Origin: a virus
Lineage: Duplodnaviria > Caudoviricetes
DNA length: 38,301 bases
Virus record (IMG/VR): IMGVR_UViG_3300044641_003116
Coordinates: 1-38,301 of that record
Direction: 5' to 3' (one strand)
Part shown: piece by piece, positions 23,801 through 33,319 of the stretch
How positions within the stretch are numbered: the first letter of the stretch is position 1
Layout of the letters: each line of letters opens with the position of its first letter
Position numbers and translations under genes: made by a program
Notes under the pieces: model-generated
Told to the model about the DNA's origin: nothing
The model's input: the letters and a program-made list of their open reading frames with translations, nothing else
Database searches by the model: none

Positions 23801-26800
23801 CGTAATCAAAGCCGAGATTATTTGCCATCACGTCAGGCATAATGCCGCCAGCCTTTGCATACCATTGCGGCGGAATCCAGCCAGCATCGTCGTATTGATC
23901 TTTGATGTTTCGACCTTCACGTTCAGCCGTAGCTTTTGACATGAGCTTTCCATTGTCGTTAAGCATCTTCGCAATCAACGGATCATCTTGAAGCGTGCCA
24001 ACACCTTCAGAATACGCCATCAGAGTGTCTGGCGTCAGCTTGTCCATGCCCTCATTCACAAGCTCAACTTCACGCTGTGCCTGCCGCATTGCCTGCTCTT
24101 TGTCCAGACTCTTCACCGTGCGCTTTTCACTAATCGGCCTGATCTTGTTGCCTTGTGGCGTCCAACGCTCATTGCTCCATTTATCGGCGAGCTTGGCAAA
24201 CTGGCGAATCACCCGTGATTTCACTTCGAGCGCGCCCGCTGGATTCTCAGCAAAGTTGCGCTCTACTTGATCGCTGAGTTCGTTGAGGTTGCGAATGGGC
24301 GAGATGCTGAAATTAATATTCGGCGTCTCAGGATTAAACCGCTGAGATAGCGGGATGACGTTGCCAGCGTTGTCGTAGGTTACTGGGTCGGCGGATTTGA
24401 TTTGGGATGGATCAAAAGCAACGCGAATAGCATCCTTGTAGTTAAATGTGTCATCTTTAAGATAAAACTGCCTCAAAGTTAATTCTCCACCACGAACTCG
24501 AACGGATTCATTGCCATAGTTTTTAGCTGATTCCTTATCTGGGGTAAAATAAAAACCTTTGCCAAACCTTCCTTCTTTTGCCTTCTTTTTGTCAAATATG
24601 TTAAACGGTGAATTGCTACCATGCCACACTGGTTCCACGTTATAACCAGCCGCTTTCGCCACAGCATCCACCATCTTCTGCAACAGCGTGCGATTCTTTT
24701 CCGGTTCTTTGGCTAACGCAAGGTATTCGGCGTCCTGCTCTGGAGTGACGGGCGAGATGCTGAACGCCATATTCCCAGCGTCAATCACTGCCTGAGCTTC
24801 CTCATCAACGCCAAGCATGGATTTCACCTCGCCGGGAACTTGCCCTTCCATCTGCTTTACCTCGTCGATGCCGAGCACTTTGTTGATAAACGTGTCGTAT
24901 TCTTCGCCGAGTTTGCCTTCATCGCGAGCTTTGGTGATAGCATCAACGGTGCCAAACACGCCTTTGAGGTAGGCGGTAAACGCTTTGATTGCAGCCAGAA
25001 TGCTTTTTAACGCGCTGACTTCCTCTTGAGTATTTGCACCCATCACAGACGCCTCAATGGCGCGGGAAATAGACCCAGGTTTCATGCCAGTGGCACGGCC
25101 TTGGCGATCACGCCCTAGCACGTCACGCATAACCATTTCGGACACGGTTTCACGCAGCATGGTTTCATTGCCCTTGCCGCTTGCTAGCGTGCGTAGATTG
25201 TCAATGAATTGAGCCTCTTCGGCATTAAATGCCGTCACGCCTTCAAAAGCAGGCAAAAGCGCGCGCATTGCCGTTCGTGTCTCTTGATCTGAGAACGTGC
25301 CGTTTTCTATGCCCAAGCGCCACGTTGATTCAAAGTTTTCATGCAGGAACGTGAACACCTGCGGCTGGCCTTTATCCTGTGATTTGTAAAGATTCATCCT
25401 GCGAACGATCTCTTTAGCCCCATCGGCCACGCGCATCGGGAAGACCTCGTTCGATCCGTTAATGTGCGCAAAAACGCCACGCGTGCCTGTCTTAATACCT
25501 GCAACTTCAGCTTCTGCGCGAACGGTTTCAAGAGCTTGAGGGCCAAGCTGGCGCTGTGAAAGAATAGCGCCACTAGCATCGCGCCGAATAGCCACGACTC
25601 CAAACTCTTCAGATGCCTCAACTTTTTCACCTGTAAGCACAGTTTCAGCCTGCCTGCCTTTCTCGTAATAGCCGTCAATCACGCTTACAAGCGCATCGGC
25701 CTCTTGCTGGCTTCCGACTTGGCGAAGCTTGCTATAAATTTGATTTGCAGCTTCGGCGGAATCCACAGGAATAATTGTGCCCTCACCTGTCGTTACTTGC
25801 CAGCCCGCAGGAGAGCGCGTGACGCTTGCAGTGTATTCTGGCGATGTAATGTCTAATGTCGATATTTGATCTTGAACCTTTCGTAATGAATCCAATTTAC
25901 TAGCATATCTATCGGCAACTTCTGCCGCTAATTCTGGCGAACGCCTACCCATAGCATCCTGCAAAGCAGCTTCCGCTTCGTTTGTTTTGCCAGCCGTAGA
26001 AAGCTCAAGAATCTTCACACGATCTTCTTGAATGATTCCTACACGCATCATCAAGTCATTATCTGAAAGCATTTTGTTTATCTGCTGCTTGTTAGCAGCA
26101 GTATTAACGCCAGCGCCAATCAGCATTAAAGGAATCATTCCAATAGCCACATCTGCGCGAGTGCCTAGAAACTCGTCTTTCTCTTTTTGCCAATCAACTT
26201 GAGGAACTGTCTGGCTTAATTCTGACACCATCGTTTGAATGACGGAAGTGCTTAAATCCTGAGCAGCCTCGACGGTATTCTCAAATGCAAACAATGCCGC
26301 GCCTTGTGCCGTTGCTTTTTTAACAAGCTCCTTAGTGACTCCACCCATGATCATTTTACGCACGTTAGGCGCAAACTTACCCAATCCAAACAGCGTGGCT
26401 TTATCCATTGCGGCCTGAGCAGCACCAGATAAAACTGAAATAGTTCCAGCATCATCGGGATTCATATCTGGAAACTCAGTCAGCAATTCCTCGCGTTCAA
26501 GATTTGCATAACCACCGCCAGCCATAAGCAAACCTTGCGGCCCCATTGCAAGTGGCAGCATAAGCGCAAGACTTGAAGCCGCACCGCTTGCCATCGTGCC
26601 AAGGATAGAATCATCCATTGGATCAGTGCTAAGAGCGATCTTTTTTAATTCACGCTCTGCCTTAAATAAACTTTTGACGCGTTCTTTTGCTTCTATGACA
26701 AAAGCTTTTTCATCATCACTTAAAGCGCGAGCGGCTGGCAATTCAGGTGCATTCGGATCGTATGGCACGCGAGATGCAATGTCAGCGCGTGCCATATCGT

Positions 26801-27770
26801 CCATAGCTTTTAATGCGTCTTCAACAGAAGCAATCGGCCCAGATATTGGCAACGGTTGATTCGGATCAATGCGCCGTGATAATTCCTCGCCACGACGACC
26901 AGCGCCAAACATGCTTTCAATTAAGTTAACGGCACTGCCCGCAAAAGTTCCAGAAACATCACGTTTGCCGCCTTCCTCTGCAACTTTCTTGGCCCCCATC
27001 AACAAGGAACGAGTTAATATTTGACGCTCGCGCCCAGTTGATTGTGCTAATCTCCAAGTAAGATCTTCGATTGTTTGACGATCTTCATTGGTTCCTTGCC
27101 CTTGCTGAATCCTTCGCATAGCAGGAGCAGCGGAATCAATTAACTTTCTATGAGGTAATAAAGCTGCAGACGTTTGAAATAACGTGTCAGCAAACGTAAG
27201 CTTTTCATCTTCGGTGGCATCTGGATATGATTCTTGAAATCTTGCCAATTCACTTGCCATGGTTGCGCCGGAAAGCGCCGACTCCATGCCTGTAAGTGCA
27301 GATTGCTTGCGCTTCTCAATCCGCAAAGTGTCGGCATCTAGTTCAGATTTTGCTTTCCCGAAAAACGTCGAATCATCAAGGGATTGAACGCCCCATTTTT
27401 GCGACTGATCTGCTTTGTAAAAATCGTAACGCTTTCTGACATCGGCCTCGTCGGCATTGTAACGATCCGCAAGCCAAAGGATGGAAGCTTCGCGTGCTCG
27501 CAGATTGTCACCAAGTCCAGGCTTTACTTTGTTAGCCTCAACAAATGCGCCGTTGTCAGAGTCCAAAACAAGAGGATTATTAAATACCTCCTGCACGCGT
27601 TTCTTGCGGTCTTGTTTAAGCTTCTCTTGTGTCGGCCATAGCGGAGCGCCTAAAGATTCCTGCTGCGCCTTGTAATCGGCAAGTAATGACGCCGCACGCG
27701 GGCGCATATCCTCCGGCATGGTTTCAATTCCTTGAAAAAGCTGGAATGCGTCGTTTTCGTCAATGACCAT
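20784..27770 (-). CDS. Giant internal virion/ejection protein (gp16 position, polyvalent type) with an ART-like insert
   Basis: 2328 aa, mostly helical-looking with hydrophobic segments; last of three genes after the tail tube; WHG/GFYFT/FDPSQIKS domain. Confidence 0.8.
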   Translation of the reverse strand: MVIDENDAFQLFQGIETMPEDMRPRAASLLADYKAQQESLGAPLWPTQEKLKQDRKKRVQEVFNNPLVLDSDNGAFVEANKVKPGLGDNLRAREASILWLADRYNADEADVRKRYDFYKADQSQKWGVQSLDDSTFFGKAKSELDADTLRIEKRKQSALTGMESALSGATMASELARFQESYPDATEDEKLTFADTLFQTSAALLPHRKLIDSAAPAMRRIQQGQGTNEDRQTIEDLTWRLAQSTGRERQILTRSLLMGAKKVAEEGGKRDVSGTFAGSAVNLIESMFGAGRRGEELSRRIDPNQPLPISGPIASVEDALKAMDDMARADIASRVPYDPNAPELPAARALSDDEKAFVIEAKERVKSLFKAERELKKIALSTDPMDDSILGTMASGAASSLALMLPLAMGPQGLLMAGGGYANLEREELLTEFPDMNPDDAGTISVLSGAAQAAMDKATLFGLGKFAPNVRKMIMGGVTKELVKKATAQGAALFAFENTVEAAQDLSTSVIQTMVSELSQTVPQVDWQKEKDEFLGTRADVAIGMIPLMLIGAGVNTAANKQQINKMLSDNDLMMRVGIIQEDRVKILELSTAGKTNEAEAALQDAMGRRSPELAAEVADRYASKLDSLRKVQDQISTLDITSPEYTASVTRSPAGWQVTTGEGTIIPVDSAEAANQIYSKLRQVGSQQEADALVSVIDGYYEKGRQAETVLTGEKVEASEEFGVVAIRRDASGAILSQRQLGPQALETVRAEAEVAGIKTGTRGVFAHINGSNEVFPMRVADGAKEIVRRMNLYKSQDKGQPQVFTFLHENFESTWRLGIENGTFSDQETRTAMRALLPAFEGVTAFNAEEAQFIDNLRTLASGKGNETMLRETVSEMVMRDVLGRDRQGRATGMKPGSISRAIEASVMGANTQEEVSALKSILAAIKAFTAYLKGVFGTVDAITKARDEGKLGEEYDTFINKVLGIDEVKQMEGQVPGEVKSMLGVDEEAQAVIDAGNMAFSISPVTPEQDAEYLALAKEPEKNRTLLQKMVDAVAKAAGYNVEPVWHGSNSPFNIFDKKKAKEGRFGKGFYFTPDKESAKNYGNESVRVRGGELTLRQFYLKDDTFNYKDAIRVAFDPSQIKSADPVTYDNAGNVIPLSQRFNPETPNINFSISPIRNLNELSDQVERNFAENPAGALEVKSRVIRQFAKLADKWSNERWTPQGNKIRPISEKRTVKSLDKEQAMRQAQREVELVNEGMDKLTPDTLMAYSEGVGTLQDDPLIAKMLNDNGKLMSKATAEREGRNIKDQYDDAGWIPPQWYAKAGGIMPDVMANNLGFDYASEMWAALESSIKSHRNAKADYAKAEAAVKAVEKAAFEQARQEAQAWRDEADAMQKEDWSPRESLVRDLITLEAIVAMFPQEIRGKIGGFVTLARKASESARLKVLQRQLERGQELLEKHLKEQYGTAVDKLLERYQSKRDSSGRISGKILSTATEQVDYAAEFINLDIASQAKEQAALEKQVEESESAEEVQDALTKLGIARLFEVWSTKDSASRESAFLWLNETIEQGKQGKKLLDEERKAFLDDMRQSGQASILAGDELNAAVADNLTNLNKGVMRRALLGMRGFLSESLWTTLQRLELIFGEDSEIVNHFAERIINAANLSTDIKRMVEAQKKDALTVIFNSDSKFAHARGIAELQKVKDSKVMVSKVTKKEIKLDIDTLTKLADGTMSAKTAGLEQVEVDAALEEFAANARKRTVTIEKVTSRAAPTSRTMSETQGIQWWLWSMQDASRKQMELDGWDADSFAQLEKFLSPEAKALGRWISGSYQDAAGMIDPIYRKLFNAPLPRIKNYSPIYRRNMNAGGDVMDLDSSDMNSGLAAGFTKSRVNTTASLVESDALAVFLAHWENVSHWVAHAELMRDMKAILLDKDTAVAIRQKKNEGYLQRLKQDISTIESNGTSAARELVDISRMWRWFMQFRAYKGLAFRISPIIKQTPAMLNPLLADVPAHNYMMGLSRAFIEPQAFASEVSAMWKSDIIRRRIESGFSAESRVAMQGTSMTGSQAILAMQTGMMPMQMVDGGWTALGAAISFDYYRRGYMRDNPQMTPEIADSKAIARVEKMIATSAQPSDIYARSLRERSGNLFMRGLAMFVSETRKTLAIELMAIRKLATGKSKNKALDIQRFLVAHFVMAGVSQLSAMVIASLLGDDEDRDREWSAEQWTLALALGPVNGMFVFGKLIDRGGRFLINSDFYQERFGTGQKLSMFPDDNLSEKAFTDVYKAVVNVNDLFNPEDPDDFMNEIDNVSSAVGAAASTFLGPAGGAVDVGANVLREARKIQERLSE
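24297..24764. repeat. 15-bp direct repeats GGGCGAGATGCTGAA flanking an in-frame domain
   Basis: 24297-24311 and 24750-24764; spacing 453 bp; both encode FSISP. Confidence 0.9.
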
Positions 27771-27771
27771 A

Positions 27772-29469
27772 TTATTTGCCGTATTTTTTCAGAGTTTCGT
27801 TAAATGCTTCATCACTTATGCCGTCCGACTGTAATGCAGGAAGCATTGAATTAGGCTTTACCGGTTTAATCTTGATTCCTTTTATAGTAGCAAGATCAAA
27901 CATGCGAGCCGTAATTTCAGACTGATCTTTAAGCTTTCCAGCTTTTACTTCACTTTCAATAGTGCGGCGAATCTCGCGCTGAATTGCTGCCGCCTTTTCA
28001 ATCGCCACCTTGTCAGGCTCAGTCAATGGAACCGGCTTGCCTTCGTTTTCCTTAACGTCTATCTGGCTTTCTCCCCACATCCATCCCGGCTTTGTTACAA
28101 ATCCAATCTTCTTTGGATCTTGCATCACTTGCTTACCGTCCTTCATCACTGGACGCTCAAGAGGAAAAAGGCCGCCTTGTTTGATTGAATCTTCCAATTG
28201 TTGCATGGCTGGCCCAATGTCAGTTTCAGCCGTTGGCAAGGCTGGATCACGGTCACGACGTTTTGTTAATTCTGCGCGAAGGCTATCAAGATAAGGGCCA
28301 TCAAAACGAGCCTCAAAAGATGCCTCCATCTGAGTTGCTGCCGTTATGGCATCGCGAGGATCAACGTATTTACCAGAGTCAAACGACATTGCCGCAGTCA
28401 ATGCGCTTTCAAACTCAGCCGGATCGTTCACACTTCCGGTTGCCAGTGCTGCAATGCTAGCGCGGTCAAAATCTGTCAGACTTGTATCTTGCTGTAATTC
28501 TTCCGGCGATGGGATGTCATGCAACGCAAGACGCTCTTTATATTTATTGACTGCATCACGACGTTTGAACGCCTTGGATTGATAGGCCTCGCGCTCAATA
28601 TTTACGCGGTCTTGTCCAGTTATTTTGCCTTCACGTTCCTTAGCAACTGCAAGCTCTGCCGCTGCGTCTGGATTATCATTTGCGACAACCATTAGATCAT
28701 TAACCTCTTGCTGACTTCTAGCGCCTTTAATGATCACCTGATTATTAAGTTTAGCCACATCATCTGAAATTACTCCAAGGTCTTGAAGCTTATCATTAAG
28801 CTTGGCTAACTTATTAATAGCTGTTCTGTCTCCATCCTTAATTGCTTGAGTTAATAATGAAATCTGCGCATTTATGTCTTCCGTTCTTTTTTTTACAGTA
28901 AGGCGTTTGGTTTCATCAATTTCGGCATTGGCTACTTCTGGCAATTTAAGGCCAGCGTCAACCTCTGCATTGGCGTGGTTTTCATAAATGGATACATCGC
29001 CAGTTTCAATGGCTTGCCGTTTTGCCATTTCGCCGACTGCTTCCATCCTTCTGCCAGTTTGCTTAAACGCTTGCGCTTGCACGTTGATCGTCCCGCGAGT
29101 CGCCCAGTTTGAAAGCCTGTCGTTAAACTGCATTCTTGCTTCAGGCGTCAATTCAGCTTGATCGAATTGAGCTTTGATGTCGTTCTGCAAACTCTGCCAC
29201 TTTGGAAGCCAATTCTTTTCATCTGGGTTATCCTGCTGAAACGTCGCAAAATCCATCTGCGCTTTGTTCATCGCAAGACTAGCTTCCGTGAGCTTGGTCA
29301 CGTCGTTTGCACGCTTGGCCTTCTGCGCGATGTCGAAGGCCACGTTGCCTAAATTGCTGATCGCCTTGCCCATGCTGGCATTTGTGACGGCTGGAAGATC
29401 AGGCGTGCGGATCGTCTGGTTGCCGGTCTGGAGCTGCCCAGGTTCTTGAAGGATTGGAATGCGTGCCAT
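27772..29469 (-). CDS. Internal virion/ejection protein (gp15 position)
   Basis: MARIP N-terminus, helical composition, synteny. Confidence 0.7.
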   Translation of the reverse strand: MARIPILQEPGQLQTGNQTIRTPDLPAVTNASMGKAISNLGNVAFDIAQKAKRANDVTKLTEASLAMNKAQMDFATFQQDNPDEKNWLPKWQSLQNDIKAQFDQAELTPEARMQFNDRLSNWATRGTINVQAQAFKQTGRRMEAVGEMAKRQAIETGDVSIYENHANAEVDAGLKLPEVANAEIDETKRLTVKKRTEDINAQISLLTQAIKDGDRTAINKLAKLNDKLQDLGVISDDVAKLNNQVIIKGARSQQEVNDLMVVANDNPDAAAELAVAKEREGKITGQDRVNIEREAYQSKAFKRRDAVNKYKERLALHDIPSPEELQQDTSLTDFDRASIAALATGSVNDPAEFESALTAAMSFDSGKYVDPRDAITAATQMEASFEARFDGPYLDSLRAELTKRRDRDPALPTAETDIGPAMQQLEDSIKQGGLFPLERPVMKDGKQVMQDPKKIGFVTKPGWMWGESQIDVKENEGKPVPLTEPDKVAIEKAAAIQREIRRTIESEVKAGKLKDQSEITARMFDLATIKGIKIKPVKPNSMLPALQSDGISDEAFNETLKKYGK

Positions 29470-29472
29470 AAA

Positions 29473-30126
29473 TTACAGTCCTGCTGGACGTTGTGAAACT
29501 GTGCGCGGCTGGTAGCCCGCTGGTATTGTAGATGCACCACCCGCCGCTTGGGGCCGTGTTGACCACGATTGATAAGCCTGCCCGATTGTTGATCCAATAT
29601 TGCCGATGGCCTGCCCTGTGGCATCCCTGCGTATTCCTGCGGCTGTTTGCTGCCCCATCTGGAGTGTGGACGTGCGCTGATAGGCAAGTTGCCGTTGAGA
29701 CAACTGATTCACATATTGCTGATCTGCTAGCTCTGTTTGCTGCTTGGCCCAGGTATCAGCTTCCAAAGCAAGAGACGATCCAGTGCCAAGCATCGCGCCG
29801 CTACCAGCCATTGCCGCGAGTTGTGTCGCCCTTTGCCTGCGTTGCTCTTGCACCGCTCGACGTTGATTCTCTTGATTTTCTAATGTCTGTCTGCGTTGCT
29901 CTTGACCAATGGCGTCAGCTTGTGCTTGTGCGTTATATTCGGCCTGTTTAGCTGAATTCTGAGCTGACTCATATTGCATGTATGTTCCAGCGGCACTTGC
30001 AATTAAAGATCCGGCAAGCAACGCAATTTCAATGCCTGTATTACAAGCTGGACGTGTCGCAGAATAAATGCCAATCGGCCCGCCAGTATTTAACGGAAAA
30101 TAATCAAAATGATCATGGTATCGCAT
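29473..30126 (-). CDS. Internal virion/ejection protein (gp14 position)
   Basis: Hydrophobic IALLAGSLIASAAG, Gln/Ala-rich coil, A.SG....GSSL; probable start 30126. Confidence 0.75.
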   Translation of the reverse strand: MRYHDHFDYFPLNTGGPIGIYSATRPACNTGIEIALLAGSLIASAAGTYMQYESAQNSAKQAEYNAQAQADAIGQEQRRQTLENQENQRRAVQEQRRQRATQLAAMAGSGAMLGTGSSLALEADTWAKQQTELADQQYVNQLSQRQLAYQRTSTLQMGQQTAAGIRRDATGQAIGNIGSTIGQAYQSWSTRPQAAGGASTIPAGYQPRTVSQRPAGL

Positions 30127-30532
30127 AAGTGGCCTGAATGCTTTGGTGCTTTGAAATATACCAGCCATTCGCTTCGCTAAGAAACTTCTTAGCAAGAGCT
30201 TTTCTGGTATGGAGTCTGACTATCTTATAACTCAAAGGCACGTCATCGCAAGTTCTCAAATTTGAGAGAAAGGAAAGAATTGTTCGCCAGAGTATCGGCC
30301 AACCTTTGCGGCATTTAGCAAACGAGGTGCCCGGTTTAGTGAAAAGATTGTCTAGCGAGGCAATGGGGCATCCAAACGCCAGATACACAAAGCACACGGC
30401 AAAAGGCCCGCTTTCATCCTCGACGATAAACCCGTTAGGACTAAGAAGCTGCGGGATTATTGCCATGCCGCGAGCTTTGGCCCACATCTCAATAAGCGGA
30501 AAGTCCTCTGAAGTATAAGCTCTAATGGTCAT
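30113..30532 (-). CDS. Hypothetical protein, possibly GNAT-fold (gp13 position)
   Basis: Start MTIRAYTSEDF at 30532 after ATCATCAC; synteny. Confidence 0.65.
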   Translation of the reverse strand: MTIRAYTSEDFPLIEMWAKARGMAIIPQLLSPNGFIVEDESGPFAVCFVYLAFGCPIASLDNLFTKPGTSFAKCRKGWPILWRTILSFLSNLRTCDDVPLSYKIVRLHTRKALAKKFLSEANGWYISKHQSIQATYAIP

Positions 30533-30573
30533 GTGATGATTTCCTATCAGTTCATCACGATTTGATATTAAAG

Positions 30574-33315
30574 TCAAGTTCCCGCGCCTGAAATGCCATC
30601 TGTAGCCACCTCGCATAGCATGGCTGTCACGTTAAACGGCCAAGGATGTTTGGATGCTACCGTAATATCAACAGCATCGCCCCAATCGCCAACGATAGAC
30701 TGAGCTTTAGTCTGACCTGTTTTGACAATTCTAGTCGAACTTGTGTTTCGTAAAACAACTGAAGACAATGGAAATTCATCCATATCGTCATATTCAATGG
30801 CGGTAAAATTGCTGAAATCAGCCTCAAGAAAATTAGTGCCCTCAGTTGGTCGAAAAAACACGTTACCGTATTTTGACTGAAACAATCTAAATGAAACTCG
30901 GGAAATGCGCCACTTATTCATCTGCGCCGTCCCGCTTTGCGTGTTTACCTCAAAACGATTGGGCATTATGAATGCTGAATACGGAACTCCGACAACGTAT
31001 GAACCTGAAGATATGTTTCCGCTTACCACGGCATTCCCGCTAGAAACAGTCACTTCAAATGGACTGCCATCAGAATTGAGTATGGTTTGACTGTTTATTA
31101 ACGTCGTAAAAACAACCTTTTCGTCGTTTAAGTGAGTGCCGACATTAAATGTCGTTTGATTTAAACCTGCATTGTAAGTCCCAATCAAAATACGCCATGA
31201 ATCGCTAAACGTGCCTGAATAGCTTTTATATGATGTCGTTAATTCACTTCCAACAATAGACTCCAACGAATAAAAATATGTGGAGCTGGAATATGATTCC
31301 ATCAAAAACACTAACGAGTCTTTTGTGTCTGTATCGCTTGTGCCGACGACGCAGAGTCCTTCAATCTCTCGACTGCCGCTTCCAAAGTTGTGCCGATGCC
31401 AAGCCGTTACGTTGTTCTCTCGGTCATAAGTAAAGCCCGACAATTCGCCGCCAGCATGAACAAACCACAACGTCGGATCAGGACATTGACTGTAAACCAT
31501 GTCCGTAATCGTGCCCGATGATGTCGGGATATGTTCAGCGAGCAAAGACATATTAGGCGCTGAATAACCGTCTTTTTCAAAGACATAGGCAAACTCACGG
31601 AGCTTGTCATCTCCGGTTAACCACAGCAAACCATCGCCAGACAAGACCGGCTGCAATGGAGATGACCCGTATCGGCTCCACCTGCGAAGCCTTGCGTTGC
31701 TTGGCGTTAATGCGCTGTCCTGATCGCCGCTGTCCATTGTCCATTCTTCGCCAGTTGTGCCAATCACAAGCGTGCGTTTGAAGCTGGAAATCCATTGAAT
31801 GCGATTGGCCTGCGTTGCTGCTAGCGTTAAATCCAATGCTGAAGTGTCCAGAGATCCGATCAGGAATGTGTAAAAGTCTGAAATTTGACTGCCCCAAATT
31901 CGAGTCGGATACAAATCCGTGCTGGCAAAGAATAGCCTGTTATCATGAAAAGCGCACGTTCTTGGATAACCGCGAGTCACAGAAAACGCACCCTTGCGCC
32001 AGACCGGAAAAGTAAAGCCTATGACTTCATTGGGAATGAGAGAATCAACGGCTAGCTTTGGAATACCTCTGACCTGAGTTGTCGATACGTAGCTTTGAAT
32101 TTGAAAGGGAATGTCCAATTTGCCAGAAACCGGCTCAATGGTCATGCTCGACGCATTTGAATTTGTTCCCGTTCGAATGGCAACCATTCGATACCATCCG
32201 CCAGTGTTTGGAGCCTCTGCCGTATAGCTAATTGTTCCATCAAGAACGCCGCTAATAGACCATTCGCGAATGTTCGTAAAATTGATCCTATCAAGAGATT
32301 CTTGAAGCTGAATAATAGTTCCAGCCGGTGCAAAACCAACTGCCCAGCTTGTTCGCGCAACGTAGGAACCTTGAATGAAAATAGCTGCGGTGGTTGTCGT
32401 CGCTGGAGCCGTGGCAATAGGCTCAGTGGTAATTCTTCCACTTGAACCTGGAGACAATAGCCAAGTGCTTTCAACTTCATTAGCGTCAAATACGGCAGAA
32501 CTGGAAATAAGCCTGTAATCTGTGATTGTAATCAGCACCCATTGAGCGCCAGTTCCTGGCCTGTTTGCGCTCGTTGCAGTATTGGCCGTAATACAAAAGT
32601 AATTGCTTCCAAAATACTCTGTGACATCGCCAGCTACGTAGGCAGTATCCACATTCCACGGTTTCTGATACGTAGCCTTATCCCATTTTGCAGCGGTAAA
32701 CGAAACGTCCGAGTTTGCCGTCTTGCATCGGTAAAGATCGTTCAAATACAAGACGAAGTTGCCCACTGAATAACTTGTTGCCGTCACCCAATCGTTTGCG
32801 TCGTATTCCAGCATCATCGTCACCGCATCACTTGGAGGATCAAGGGCGGGAGCAAACTGAAACGGCACGTCAGTAAATGACCAAGTGCCATCATTGGCGC
32901 GTGTAATGATCTTAGGATGTTTAGTCGCAACTGTCAGATACATCACGTCATTGAGCTGGATGTGATGAATGGCGCGGATTTCTGCTTCTGTGTAATCCGT
33001 CGTTAGCGTTGCAATTAGTGTGAATGTTCCAGTGTCATAAGACCACACCTTTATGGCGTTTGTTTTGAATCCCAAAACAAAGTTAACATTGGACGATCGA
33101 CGAAAAGCAATAAGTCGGAAACAATTAGTCACGTCAGAATCTGACAATCCAAACTTAGTCCCAGGACGCTTGAACGCTCCGCCATAAGGACGCACAATGA
33201 AGTTTTCCAAGACTCTGCACCCAGTCGCGTATTTCTCCGAGTCCGTGCGCCCGTCCATGATAGGCGACATCTCGCCGCCGTTGAACACCGATTTGATCGT
33301 TTGGAATTGAGCCAT
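30574..33315 (-). CDS. Tail tubular protein B (nozzle)
   Basis: FNGGEMSP...GR.D, NF...PYGG...RPG, GYP....F...RLFF, AWHRH. Confidence 0.9.
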   Translation of the reverse strand: MAQFQTIKSVFNGGEMSPIMDGRTDSEKYATGCRVLENFIVRPYGGAFKRPGTKFGLSDSDVTNCFRLIAFRRSSNVNFVLGFKTNAIKVWSYDTGTFTLIATLTTDYTEAEIRAIHHIQLNDVMYLTVATKHPKIITRANDGTWSFTDVPFQFAPALDPPSDAVTMMLEYDANDWVTATSYSVGNFVLYLNDLYRCKTANSDVSFTAAKWDKATYQKPWNVDTAYVAGDVTEYFGSNYFCITANTATSANRPGTGAQWVLITITDYRLISSSAVFDANEVESTWLLSPGSSGRITTEPIATAPATTTTAAIFIQGSYVARTSWAVGFAPAGTIIQLQESLDRINFTNIREWSISGVLDGTISYTAEAPNTGGWYRMVAIRTGTNSNASSMTIEPVSGKLDIPFQIQSYVSTTQVRGIPKLAVDSLIPNEVIGFTFPVWRKGAFSVTRGYPRTCAFHDNRLFFASTDLYPTRIWGSQISDFYTFLIGSLDTSALDLTLAATQANRIQWISSFKRTLVIGTTGEEWTMDSGDQDSALTPSNARLRRWSRYGSSPLQPVLSGDGLLWLTGDDKLREFAYVFEKDGYSAPNMSLLAEHIPTSSGTITDMVYSQCPDPTLWFVHAGGELSGFTYDRENNVTAWHRHNFGSGSREIEGLCVVGTSDTDTKDSLVFLMESYSSSTYFYSLESIVGSELTTSYKSYSGTFSDSWRILIGTYNAGLNQTTFNVGTHLNDEKVVFTTLINSQTILNSDGSPFEVTVSSGNAVVSGNISSGSYVVGVPYSAFIMPNRFEVNTQSGTAQMNKWRISRVSFRLFQSKYGNVFFRPTEGTNFLEADFSNFTAIEYDDMDEFPLSSVVLRNTSSTRIVKTGQTKAQSIVGDWGDAVDITVASKHPWPFNVTAMLCEVATDGISGAGT

Positions 33316-33319
33316 GAGA

